Origin: Gammaproteobacteria bacterium
GTDB taxonomy: Bacteria > Pseudomonadota > Gammaproteobacteria > Arenicellales > JAJDZL01
Direction of reading: 5' to 3'
Length of the DNA stretch: 64,000 nt
NCBI GenBank assembly: GCA_047517965.1
Contig: JAKZRU010000015.1
Span: 10,982-74,981 of the forward strand
Shown here: piece by piece, positions 1-8,900 of the stretch
How the letters are laid out: every line of letters begins with the position of its first letter
How positions within the stretch are numbered: position 1 is the first letter of the stretch
Position numbers and translations under genes: made by a program
Notes under the pieces: model-generated
The model's input: only the letters and a program-made list of their open reading frames with translations
What the model was told of the DNA's origin: nothing
The model's database searches: none

Positions 1-1
1 G

Positions 2-295
2 GGGTGTGTGCGCGCTTTCAGTCTGAAAGATGGGGGCTTCATCCGTGAACGGTTACTGGCGCTATCTGATTTTGACTTCTGCTGTGTCTACTCCATTCTC
101 GAAAGCCCGATGGGTGTTAAGGACTATGTTGCTACGCTGAAGCTGACGCCCATCACCGACGGTGATCGAACCTTTGCCGAGTGGTCCGCCGAGTTTGAAT
201 GTGATGCGGCACTCGAATCGTCACTGATCGAGCAAATCGAGCAAGGAGTGTTCCAAGCAGGGTTTGACGCACTAAAACAGCGTTTTAGATTCTGA
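2..295 (+). CDS. SRPBCC/polyketide cyclase (START-like) family protein, 5'-truncated by window edge
   Basis: Frame open from the window start (GCVRAFSLKDGG..IRERLL..YSILESP..YVATL..RTFAEWSAEF); paralogous to the N-terminal domain of the next ORF. Confidence 0.8.
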   Translation, partial: GCVRAFSLKDGGFIRERLLALSDFDFCCVYSILESPMGVKDYVATLKLTPITDGDRTFAEWSAEFECDAALESSLIEQIEQGVFQAGFDALKQRFRF

Positions 296-296
296 C

Positions 297-1784
297 ATGA
301 TCAAGGTGACCCGCAGCACAGTCATAAATGCACCGATATCAGTGGTTTGGAATGTACTGCGTAACTTCAACGATCACGACCGCTGGCATCCGGCGGTACG
401 TCACAGTCACATTGAAAATACCCTTTACGCCGATCAGGTGGGTGCCATACGTAATTTTCAACTCACGGGCGGAGAACGAGTACGGGAACAGTTGTTGACG
501 CTGTCCGACCAAAAACATAGCTTTCGCTACAGGATAATTGAAAGCGACGTTCCCCTTCAGAACTACACCGCTGAGGTTTCGCTTCGCTCAGTAACGGATC
601 AGGATCGTACGTTCTGGTCGTGGAGTTCGCGTTTCGAAACACCAGCGGGTCTTGAGCAGGATATGACGCAATTGGTAGCAGAAGGTGTGTATGAGGCTGG
701 ATTCGAAGCGGTTCGATCACTGGTTGAATCGCGTGAGCCTATGATGGAATCCGTGTCCACGCAGGCGCCAGCCTCGGGGACGGTGAGTGGTTCTGCGATG
801 GTCGTCGGGAGATACGGTGGACCGGAAGTGTTCCGAATGGAATCAATATCCGCGCCACCTCCGGGCGCTGGCCAGGTACGGATCCGCCAGCAAGCGATTG
901 GAGTCAACTACATTGATGTGTATTGCCGCACCGGCTATTTCCGACTCTTGGATCCTCCCGGTGTTCTTGGCTTGGAAGCTGCCGGGGAAGTGATTGATGT
1001 GGGTGAAGGGGTAACTCACCTGTCGCCGGGACAGCGTGTCGCGTACGCATGTCTCCCGATTGGAGCATACACAACCGTGCGCACCATGGATGCTGGACTG
1101 GTGGTCCCGTTGCCTGACACTATTGACGATGTAACCGCTGCCGGGGGCTTACTGAAGGGTATGACAGCGGAGTTCCTTTTGCATCGGGTTCATCCAGTCA
1201 GTGCCGGTGAGACTGTTCTGATTTATGCCCCAGCAGGTGGTGTGGGAAGTCTTTTGTGCCAGTGGGCCAGTCATCTTGGAGCAACCGTAATCGGGGCAAC
1301 CTCTAGTCCAGAGAAGATCCAGGCGGCACTCGACGCAGGCGCCCACCATGTCATCACACCAAATGAATCCAGCTTGGTGGAACAAGTTCGAGAACTGACA
1401 GGCGGTCGGGGCGCAGACGTTATCTATGACGCGGTCGGCCATGACAGCTTTGCGCATTCGATCGCTGCTCTCGCCGATTGTGGACACCTGATAAGTTATG
1501 GCCAAGCGTCAGGAGATATCGGCAACTGGGACATCGGCTCGCTTGCTTTGAAGTCGGCAACTGTATCACGACCAAATTACGCTCACTACACCGATTCCCG
1601 TGAAAAAGTCACCTCAATCACGCACCGTCTGTTCGACGCAATTGAACGAGGCATTGTGCGGGTGAATGTTCATCACAGGCACGATCTCCAACAAGTGGCG
1701 GAGGCTCACCGTGCACTGCAGGAGCGTCGAACCACAGGTTCCATTGTGCTGTTACCCGAACATTCAACCGAGATCATGGTATGA
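297..1784 (+). CDS. SRPBCC domain fused to NADPH:quinone oxidoreductase (MDR/zeta-crystallin family)
   Basis: aa ~1-145 SRPBCC (STVINAPISVVW..NFNDHDRWHP); C-terminal QOR motifs GVNYID, GLEAAG, YAPAGGVG, DAVG, YGQASG, RRTTGSIVL. Confidence 0.85.
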   Translation: MIKVTRSTVINAPISVVWNVLRNFNDHDRWHPAVRHSHIENTLYADQVGAIRNFQLTGGERVREQLLTLSDQKHSFRYRIIESDVPLQNYTAEVSLRSVTDQDRTFWSWSSRFETPAGLEQDMTQLVAEGVYEAGFEAVRSLVESREPMMESVSTQAPASGTVSGSAMVVGRYGGPEVFRMESISAPPPGAGQVRIRQQAIGVNYIDVYCRTGYFRLLDPPGVLGLEAAGEVIDVGEGVTHLSPGQRVAYACLPIGAYTTVRTMDAGLVVPLPDTIDDVTAAGGLLKGMTAEFLLHRVHPVSAGETVLIYAPAGGVGSLLCQWASHLGATVIGATSSPEKIQAALDAGAHHVITPNESSLVEQVRELTGGRGADVIYDAVGHDSFAHSIAALADCGHLISYGQASGDIGNWDIGSLALKSATVSRPNYAHYTDSREKVTSITHRLFDAIERGIVRVNVHHRHDLQQVAEAHRALQERRTTGSIVLLPEHSTEIMV

Positions 1785-2053
1785 AACTTGCCGCATATAG
1801 TCGAAACAGCAACCGTTATATGGGGCTTGTCGAGGATTTTAAAGGCGTGATGAAACGCTTGGACATCCGGGATCACTCTCATGAGAGCGAAGGGGTCGTT
1901 GCGCTGATCGGATCAGAATTGCCGGACGTGGTCGAAGAAATTGCTTTGACCGATATTCAGTTGTTGCCACCGAAATACCTCGTTCCAGGCGACATCGTTC
2001 GGTTGGAAATCGATGGAATTGGGGTACTCGAGAATCCGGTGGACAGCCAGTGA
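1781..2053 (+). pseudogene. Fumarylacetoacetate hydrolase (FAH) family gene with large in-frame internal deletion
   Basis: FAH-like N-terminus (MKLAAY...IALTDIQLLP) joined directly to the FAH C-terminal motif PKYLVPGDIVRLEIDGIGVLENPV; catalytic core absent; only 90 aa. Confidence 0.75.
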
Positions 2054-2832
2054 TGGTCGACCTTCGTTTCGGTAGTATGGTCATCGATGACCAAGGCAAT
2101 GGTCCTGCGGTTGTCATGGTTCATGGTCTCGGTGGAACCTCGAACAGCTTCCAAACGTTAATGCCATCCCTCGGCGGTTATCGTGTTCTGCGCCCGGATT
2201 TACCCGGTGCAGGGCGGTCGAACTACCGGCCAGGTGCACCAGGCATGGCGGGACTGGTCGCGTCGGTGAAAATCGCGATGCATGCCGCGGATATCGAACG
2301 TGCGCACTTCGTCGGGCATTCGATGGGCACCTTGATTTGTCAATATCTTGCTGTCGAGTCACCAGAGCTGGTTGCAAGTCTGACTTTATTTGGTGCCATC
2401 GCTGAACCCCCGCAGGCGGCACGTCACGGGCTTAGGGAACGAGCAGCCACTGCACGCGAGCACGGCATGACGGGGATTGCAGAGGCAATTTCGACCAGTA
2501 GCGTAGCCGAAATGTCGCTGCGCCGCAATCCAGTAGTCAAAGCATTCGTTCGCGAAAGTCTAATGCGGCAGGATCCAATGGGTTACGCTACGCATTGTGA
2601 AGCATTAAGTGAAGCCACCGCGGCGTCTCACGCCAAGATAGAATGTTCGACAATGCTGATTGCAGGAGAGCGCGATAATATTGCACCGATCGCGATGAGC
2701 CAAGACCTCGCAGGAAATATTCGCAATGCCCGGTTGGAGATTATCGCGGGTGTCGGGCATTGGATGATGGTGGAAGCCACCGAGCGCTCCGCCGAAATTA
2801 TGAGTAATCACCTTAACGAACTGGCGGCTTAA
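2050..2832 (+). CDS. Alpha/beta fold hydrolase (3-oxoadipate enol-lactonase-like)
   Basis: HGLGG oxyanion motif, DLPGAG, nucleophile elbow GHSMG, GERD, C-terminal GH. Confidence 0.85.
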   Translation: MMVDLRFGSMVIDDQGNGPAVVMVHGLGGTSNSFQTLMPSLGGYRVLRPDLPGAGRSNYRPGAPGMAGLVASVKIAMHAADIERAHFVGHSMGTLICQYLAVESPELVASLTLFGAIAEPPQAARHGLRERAATAREHGMTGIAEAISTSSVAEMSLRRNPVVKAFVRESLMRQDPMGYATHCEALSEATAASHAKIECSTMLIAGERDNIAPIAMSQDLAGNIRNARLEIIAGVGHWMMVEATERSAEIMSNHLNELAA

Positions 2833-2861
2833 AACAATTCAAATTGAAGGAGTTTAAAACA

Positions 2862-4229
2862 ATGGCAGACAATAATTTTAACTGGAGCGGTGGCAATAAC
2901 GCTCGAAACCGACAGGATATTGTGTTCAGTAACGTTCGAATCCTGGATGCCAGCGGTGAATTACCATACAGTGGTGAAGTTACGGTGTCAGGCAATCGTA
3001 TAAAGTCCGTTACCCGAACCGAGTCGAATGGCTACTCGTGGGGTAGTGGCAACGGTCTTCGCATTGACGGTCGCGGTATGACGTTGATGCCGGGGTTAAT
3101 TGACGCGCACCTGCATCTGTCCTGGAACAATGCCACGGGCATTGCTCCGATCCAGATGATGCCGGTTGAGGAGCACGTTATCAACTGTGTCGAAATGGCG
3201 AAAGTATTGATTGACGCCGGATTCACTGCTGGTTGTGGTGCAGCGGCCGCCAAGGCGAGGTTGGACGTGGTGATTCGTGATGCGATTAACGCAGGAAAGT
3301 GTCCAGGTCCGCGTTATACCGCAGCGGGTCCGGAGATCACCTCGGTTGGAGGGCTTGGTGACACGAGCCTGCCGCATATCCCTCATGAAGGTCTTAATCT
3401 CGGCATCGTAGTATCCGGACCGGAGGAGATTCGTCGCACCGTGCGTGAGTTGATCAAATGGGGTGTAGATACAATCAAGATCAATCTGTCGGGAGAAGAG
3501 ATTACCAGCATGCCAGCGAAAGCCAATCAGTTTTCGGACGATGAGATTGCCATGGCGGTGACCGAAGCCAAACGACGCGACAAGAAGCTGGCAGCGCATG
3601 CCCGTTCAAAGGAATCCGTTATGAAGTGCGTGGAATACGGAATTGACTTTATCTTCCACGCGTCTTTCACCGACGATGAGGCGCTCGATAAGCTTGAAGC
3701 GGCCAAGGATAAACATTTCGTAGCACCAGGCCTTGCATGGCTGATCAATACTGCGCGCAATGCCGCTGAATACGGAATCAAGCCGGGTACGCCGCTAACG
3801 GAAGCCTATGAACGCGAACTGGAGGCGGCGGTAGACAGCATGCAAAAAATGCACCGTCGCGGAATTCGAGTCCTGATCGGTGGTGATTACGGATTCGCAT
3901 GGACACCCCATGGCACCAATGCGAAGGACATTGAGTATTTTGTGGATTTAGTGGGAATGTCTCCGATGGAGGCAATTCAGGCCGCGACACGCTATGGTGG
4001 CGAAATCATGGGGATGGGGCATGAACTGGGGATGATCCGGGAAGGTTATTTAGCCGACCTGTTGCTAGTCGATGGTGACCCGGTGTCAAACGTGCGTGTG
4101 CTTCAGGACCACAAGCGGTTGGTGATGATCATGAAGGACGGCAAGTTCCATAAAAAACCTGACTTACCTGAGTTAGGCGTATCACGCGACTTGCGATACA
4201 GTGGTATGGCAGTCTCTAACAGCTTGTAG
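2862..4229 (+). CDS. Metal-dependent amidohydrolase (prolidase-like)
   Basis: MPGLIDAHLH, AAHA, FHA, GGDYG, GYLADLLLVDGDP; start set at ATG 2862 behind AAGGAG RBS (ORF track starts at TTG 2844). Confidence 0.85.
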   Translation: MADNNFNWSGGNNARNRQDIVFSNVRILDASGELPYSGEVTVSGNRIKSVTRTESNGYSWGSGNGLRIDGRGMTLMPGLIDAHLHLSWNNATGIAPIQMMPVEEHVINCVEMAKVLIDAGFTAGCGAAAAKARLDVVIRDAINAGKCPGPRYTAAGPEITSVGGLGDTSLPHIPHEGLNLGIVVSGPEEIRRTVRELIKWGVDTIKINLSGEEITSMPAKANQFSDDEIAMAVTEAKRRDKKLAAHARSKESVMKCVEYGIDFIFHASFTDDEALDKLEAAKDKHFVAPGLAWLINTARNAAEYGIKPGTPLTEAYERELEAAVDSMQKMHRRGIRVLIGGDYGFAWTPHGTNAKDIEYFVDLVGMSPMEAIQAATRYGGEIMGMGHELGMIREGYLADLLLVDGDPVSNVRVLQDHKRLVMIMKDGKFHKKPDLPELGVSRDLRYSGMAVSNSL

Positions 4230-4846
4230 TGTTAAGCATCAAAATATCGTTGATAGTCATTCTGGAGAAACTCCTGGATTTAGTCTCAGCGAGATCCTGT
4301 CAATTGAGCGAGGGTCGTCTGTAGAGGTCATTCATGATGGATGCTTTCAGCTTCCCTATGTTGCTGAACCTCGACGAATCGGCCTTTCGGTGATTTCTAT
4401 CCAGCGTCAATCAAGGTAAGACCCCAGCGACAACCAGGATAAGACGAGATTTCGTTGGTTGGAGTCGGCATATCAGGTGGCCGCACCATCGGGCGCAACG
4501 CTTGAGAAATATGCCCGGACTGAGGCTGTTTACAAATCAACTGCTCTTCCAACTGTGCTATGCGGGCTCGCTAGAATCCTGTGAAATGCTGAAGACTGCA
4601 CTCGTTTCATTCATTGAAGTGAATGTAGATTCAACAGAAATTTCACCGAATATACGGCGAATGCACTCCTTCGCAGTTCGGTTGCATGCTTTCTTTTTAT
4701 TTTCTTTCAAAATAAACCTGAAAGCAAAGCTAAATGTCGGAATTTACAATTCTTCAGTCAGTTACTGTTACAAAAATTTGTAAATTGCAACAAAATAGTT
4801 CAAAATTCTATATATTCCAGTAAGAGTCACAAAGGAAAGTTCAACC

Positions 4847-5650
4847 ATGAAATTATCTAAATCACAAATTGAACAATTTCATTCGAACGGCTATCTACTG
4901 TTGCCAAACCTGTTTAACCAAGTCGAGACCGGAGTTTTACAACAGGCTGCTGAGACGGTATATGCCCTTGATCGGAAGGAAGTGCTTCGCGAAATCGATG
5001 GCAAAACTGCACGAACCGCATTCGCCGCACACTATTACAACGAAGCATTTCGAAGACTCGGCTGCCATCCTCGACTCATTCAACCCGTTGAACAACTTCT
5101 CGACGGGCAAGTCTACATGCACCAGTACAAAGTAAATGCAAAAGCAGCCTTCACTGGTGACGTGTGGCAGTGGCATCAGGACTACGGAACATGGGCACGC
5201 GATGATCACATGCCCGAAGCCCGAGCGATGAACATCGCTCTGTATGTGAACGATGCCAGTGAATTCAACGGACCGTTATGGATGATTCCGCGTTCGCACA
5301 AACAGGGAATATTTGAAGCCGGGCATGACCTGCAAACCACCAGCTATCCGCTATGGACATTGGACCAGGCTACAATCACCAGGCTAGTTGATGAAGGGGG
5401 GATCGTATCAGCACACGGCAAGGCCGGAAGCGTGTTGTTGTTCTACAGCACTTTGGTACATTGCTCCCCTCCCAATCTTTCACCATGGCCTCGAACAGTA
5501 GTTTATCTTTCGTTATGTCATGTAGACAATCATATTCGAAGATTCAAACGCCCGGAGTGGATTGCCCATCGCAACTTCACACCAATAGAATCGCTGGCAG
5601 ATGATTGTTTGATGGTACTAGCTGATCAACAAATAAACAATGCTGCCTAA
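4847..5650 (+). CDS. Phytanoyl-CoA dioxygenase (PhyH) family Fe(II)/2-oxoglutarate dioxygenase, ectoine/proline hydroxylase-like
   Basis: WQWHQDYGTW (HxD), NGPL..IPRSHK, distal His (LVHCS) and Arg (WPRT). Confidence 0.85.
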   Translation: MKLSKSQIEQFHSNGYLLLPNLFNQVETGVLQQAAETVYALDRKEVLREIDGKTARTAFAAHYYNEAFRRLGCHPRLIQPVEQLLDGQVYMHQYKVNAKAAFTGDVWQWHQDYGTWARDDHMPEARAMNIALYVNDASEFNGPLWMIPRSHKQGIFEAGHDLQTTSYPLWTLDQATITRLVDEGGIVSAHGKAGSVLLFYSTLVHCSPPNLSPWPRTVVYLSLCHVDNHIRRFKRPEWIAHRNFTPIESLADDCLMVLADQQINNAA

Positions 5651-5679
5651 AAGCCATAGTTTAAGTATGTAGTAGAGTT

Positions 5680-5700
5680 ACAGACTTGAATTCAGTCTGT
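5680..5700. terminator. Candidate bidirectional terminator hairpin between convergent dioxygenase and birA
   Basis: ACAGACT-tgaattc-AGTCTGT inverted repeat. Confidence 0.35.
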
Positions 5701-5703
5701 CTT

Positions 5704-6669
5704 TCATCGTTCGCCTAATATACTGATTTCACCTGCCTGCACAGGGATAATTTCACCGTTGTCCAATCTGAGCAACAGTGCACCATTCTCGTTAATTCCG
5801 AATGCGGTGCCTTCATGAGGGTTTATGCCATCCGTTAGGATACGTTTGTTCGAGTAGGCATGCCTTTGCATCCACTCCTGTCTGAACGGTTCAAGTTTCT
5901 GCTTCATAAAAATCTCAAGTCCATGCCCTAAAGAACGTAGAAGCTTGGAAACCAGCATGCTGCGATTTGCTGAATAATCTGGCAAGTCGCTCAGGCAGGC
6001 AACGGGTTGATCTATGGCGTTTCGATCGTCATCCGATAGACTGCAGTTGATGCCAATACCGATGACTGCGGTCGTATCGCGCGTCTCAACCAAAATCCCG
6101 CTAAGCTTTTTATATTCCCATAATATGTCGTTCGGCCATTTCACTTGCAAGGTTTCATTGGTTAATTCACTCAAGCATTGAACGACAATTACTGCAACCG
6201 CCAGACTCAGACCTGACAAATATCGAATATCTTTACTGAAGTCCCAGGCAATCGACAGCATGACATTTTCGTAAGCACTCCCTGACCATTTTCGACGTCT
6301 TCTGCCCCGCCCTGCAGACATATACTCGGCGATACAAGCGTGCTTGTGAATTGACTGCTGCGTTGCGAGGTTTAGCAAAAACTCGTTGGTAGAATCAATA
6401 TGATCTAGGACAGTTACTCTCTGCGCAATGTCAGAGTCTGCAAGTGCTACTGATTTACGAATGTAGGCGAGATCAAGAGGAATGATTTGGCGCAGAAGCT
6501 TTACACTATCTTTAGAACTCCATATCAGAGGAACACCAATTTCAATCAGCCAGTTGACTATGTTCTCAACTTCCTCAATGCTCAGTTCTGATTGAATTGA
6601 AATCCTGTTTAAATTGACTGGTTTGAGATTTTGGAGGGAATTCAGTACTGCCGAACCGTTCATCATCAA
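5704..6669 (-). CDS. birA: Biotin--[acetyl-CoA-carboxylase] ligase
   Basis: DSTN, AGRGRR, KWPND, KLSGILVE, IGIGIN motifs and C-terminal GALLL..GEIS. Confidence 0.93.
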   Translation of the reverse strand: MMMNGSAVLNSLQNLKPVNLNRISIQSELSIEEVENIVNWLIEIGVPLIWSSKDSVKLLRQIIPLDLAYIRKSVALADSDIAQRVTVLDHIDSTNEFLLNLATQQSIHKHACIAEYMSAGRGRRRRKWSGSAYENVMLSIAWDFSKDIRYLSGLSLAVAVIVVQCLSELTNETLQVKWPNDILWEYKKLSGILVETRDTTAVIGIGINCSLSDDDRNAIDQPVACLSDLPDYSANRSMLVSKLLRSLGHGLEIFMKQKLEPFRQEWMQRHAYSNKRILTDGINPHEGTAFGINENGALLLRLDNGEIIPVQAGEISILGER

Positions 6670-6670
6670 T

Positions 6671-7693
6671 TCATTTTATCGGCGAAGCTTCTGGCACCAG
6701 ATGTTCATTGACGTTATGATCCTCGGTGCAGTCTTCGGCCGAATTCTCTAGCTGAATGGTAACGTGACCAATGTGAAATTCGTTGTAGGCAATGTTCCGC
6801 AAGCGTCGCTGCAACTGGCTGTATTCACCTTGATAACTAGGATCGACCAAAACGTGAGCGGTAAGTATTTCATTACCTGGCGAAATGGTCCAGACGTGAA
6901 TATCATGGATACCTGTGACGCCTTCGATTTCTTCCATCTTGCTGCAAAGCTCATACAAATCGATCTTCTCTGGGGTACCTTCAAGCAATACGTTAACAAC
7001 TTTAGCCAGAAGGCGCCAGGAACCACGAATGATTATCAAACTTATAACGACACTCAGAATTGGATCGGCGATTGCCCACCCGAAAGCCCAAACCAGAAAA
7101 CCGGAAATGACGACTGCGACTGAGCTAATAAGGTCGGCTATAACGTGCTGGAAAGCTCCTTCAACGTTGACGTTGTGTTCAGACGAGCGGCGCAATACCC
7201 ATGCTGCCACTAGGTTAACCAAGAGACCGACGCCACCTATCGATAACATCAAAAGACCTTGAACTTCGGGTATGTGCTGAAAACGATGGTAAGCCTCGTA
7301 GATAATTCCTATGGCTATTACCCAGAGAGTGAAAGCATTGACCAGCGCAGCCAATATTTCAAGGCGATAGTAGCCGTAGGTTCGCTTTGCCGTGGCAGCC
7401 TTTTCGGCTAAGTGCATTGCAAGCAACGCAAGAGCTATGGATACCGCGTCTGTTGCCATATGTCCAGCATCGGCGAGCAGTGCCAGACTGCCAGAGGCTA
7501 TACCACCAATAATCTCGACAAGCATGTAGCTAGCGATCAGCACCAAAGCGATGATCAGACTGCGTTTACCTGCATGCCTTAATTCGTGCGTATGATCATG
7601 CTGGCTGAATAGGCTACGACTATGACCAAAGTGATGATGTCCGTGATCGTGTCCGACGGGATGATGCTCTTTTTTGTCGTCGTGGTTAGACAT
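6671..7693 (-). CDS. Cation diffusion facilitator (CzcD/ZitB-like Zn/Co/Cd efflux)
   Basis: His-rich N-terminus, SGSLALLADAGHM, TYGYYRLEILAAL, HVIAD, HDIHVW, HVTIQLE. Confidence 0.92.
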   Translation of the reverse strand: MSNHDDKKEHHPVGHDHGHHHFGHSRSLFSQHDHTHELRHAGKRSLIIALVLIASYMLVEIIGGIASGSLALLADAGHMATDAVSIALALLAMHLAEKAATAKRTYGYYRLEILAALVNAFTLWVIAIGIIYEAYHRFQHIPEVQGLLMLSIGGVGLLVNLVAAWVLRRSSEHNVNVEGAFQHVIADLISSVAVVISGFLVWAFGWAIADPILSVVISLIIIRGSWRLLAKVVNVLLEGTPEKIDLYELCSKMEEIEGVTGIHDIHVWTISPGNEILTAHVLVDPSYQGEYSQLQRRLRNIAYNEFHIGHVTIQLENSAEDCTEDHNVNEHLVPEASPIK

Positions 7694-7879
7694 GGGTATC
7701 CCATATATTCACAAAATTTGAATTTTCACTATGAACCTGCACCCAACCGTCTGTTCTATCTTGAGCAAACTATTACCATAAATGTGTTTTAGCTAACGGG
7801 ATTATCAACTTTGAGGTAATGTGGAATCCAGTTGGTTACTATACCGCCACACTACCTCTGTGCCTCATAAAATAATTTT

Positions 7880-8683
7880 CTAGTAACCCACAGCGATCTC
7901 TTCCAAAAGAAAAAATCCATACGTCAGTAACACACCTGCAACGAACGACGTCGAGAGTTGGATTTTGTTATGCTTTTGAAAATTTGCCTCCGGAATTAAG
8001 TCGCTGAGTGCAATGCAGATAAACGCACCTGATATGACCGCGATTAAACGACCTACGATTTGATCCGCAACCGTCCCCATCAAACCAAAAAGCCAAAGTG
8101 TGAGAAAAGCGCTAACGGGGCACACTAGTGCAAAACCTATATTGCTTAGTCTTCTCAGTGACAAACTTGTATTTGATTGCCCCATAGTGACCAAAAGCGA
8201 CATTGCATCAAGAGGCTTGTGCAGGACAATGGCCACAAATACACCGAAACTTACTAGCCACGCACCAACAGAGGATATTAAACTTGTACCGAGTGCGATT
8301 CCTTCAAAGACGGAATGAATACTGAGACCAATCGCAATACCAATCCAACTGTAGGATTTCGACAAAAATTGAGGGCTGTTCTCCATTGCAGTCGGATCAG
8401 GACTGAGACTAGGGAACGCGCGTAAGAGGATCAAGGTAATCATGACACCTGCCATCAGCCAGAACATGAAAATCTTTATGCTTTCTTCATCTTCCAGACT
8501 CTTGATCCCTTGTGGCATAAGATGAAACACTGCGATGCCCAAAAGAAAACCGGCAACGAAACAAAGCACTAGTTGGTTTTTACGATGAGACAGGTGAATT
8601 TTGGTTGCGTACCACCCGCCTAGGAACGATACTGCACTGATGAAAAACGCGTATACGGTCAGTAATGCATAAGTGCTGATCAT
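7880..8683 (-). CDS. ZIP family divalent metal transporter
   Basis: FHLMP, HSVFEGIALG, LHKPLD, SDLIPE; multiple TM segments; start uncertain (8683 or 8719). Confidence 0.85.
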   Translation of the reverse strand: MISTYALLTVYAFFISAVSFLGGWYATKIHLSHRKNQLVLCFVAGFLLGIAVFHLMPQGIKSLEDEESIKIFMFWLMAGVMITLILLRAFPSLSPDPTAMENSPQFLSKSYSWIGIAIGLSIHSVFEGIALGTSLISSVGAWLVSFGVFVAIVLHKPLDAMSLLVTMGQSNTSLSLRRLSNIGFALVCPVSAFLTLWLFGLMGTVADQIVGRLIAVISGAFICIALSDLIPEANFQKHNKIQLSTSFVAGVLLTYGFFLLEEIAVGY

Positions 8684-8900
8684 GAGATACTTGTTGCCAT
8701 GTAAGTTGCACAAATGCAAGGAGAAACATCAACATCTGTGTGATAATTCTGCCAAGCACAGATTTTCAATCAAGTAAATGGCAGCCCGATATCATAGGTG
8801 TTGAATTTTCGAGATGAGAGTTTCTTGATAGTTGGAGGAATTCAATTAATTCAACTTATTATAATGACAAAATTACGGCAATCTTCATAGAGGCTCGAAA

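Noticed and set aside
4201-4783. ORFs 4201..4419 and 4502..4783, and a possible decayed gene at ~4260-4520
   Set aside because: No recognisable motif in the frames translated and no RBS; a remnant cannot be supported
4847-5650. Calling the dioxygenase ectD
   Set aside because: The EctD signature is not matched and there is no ect context
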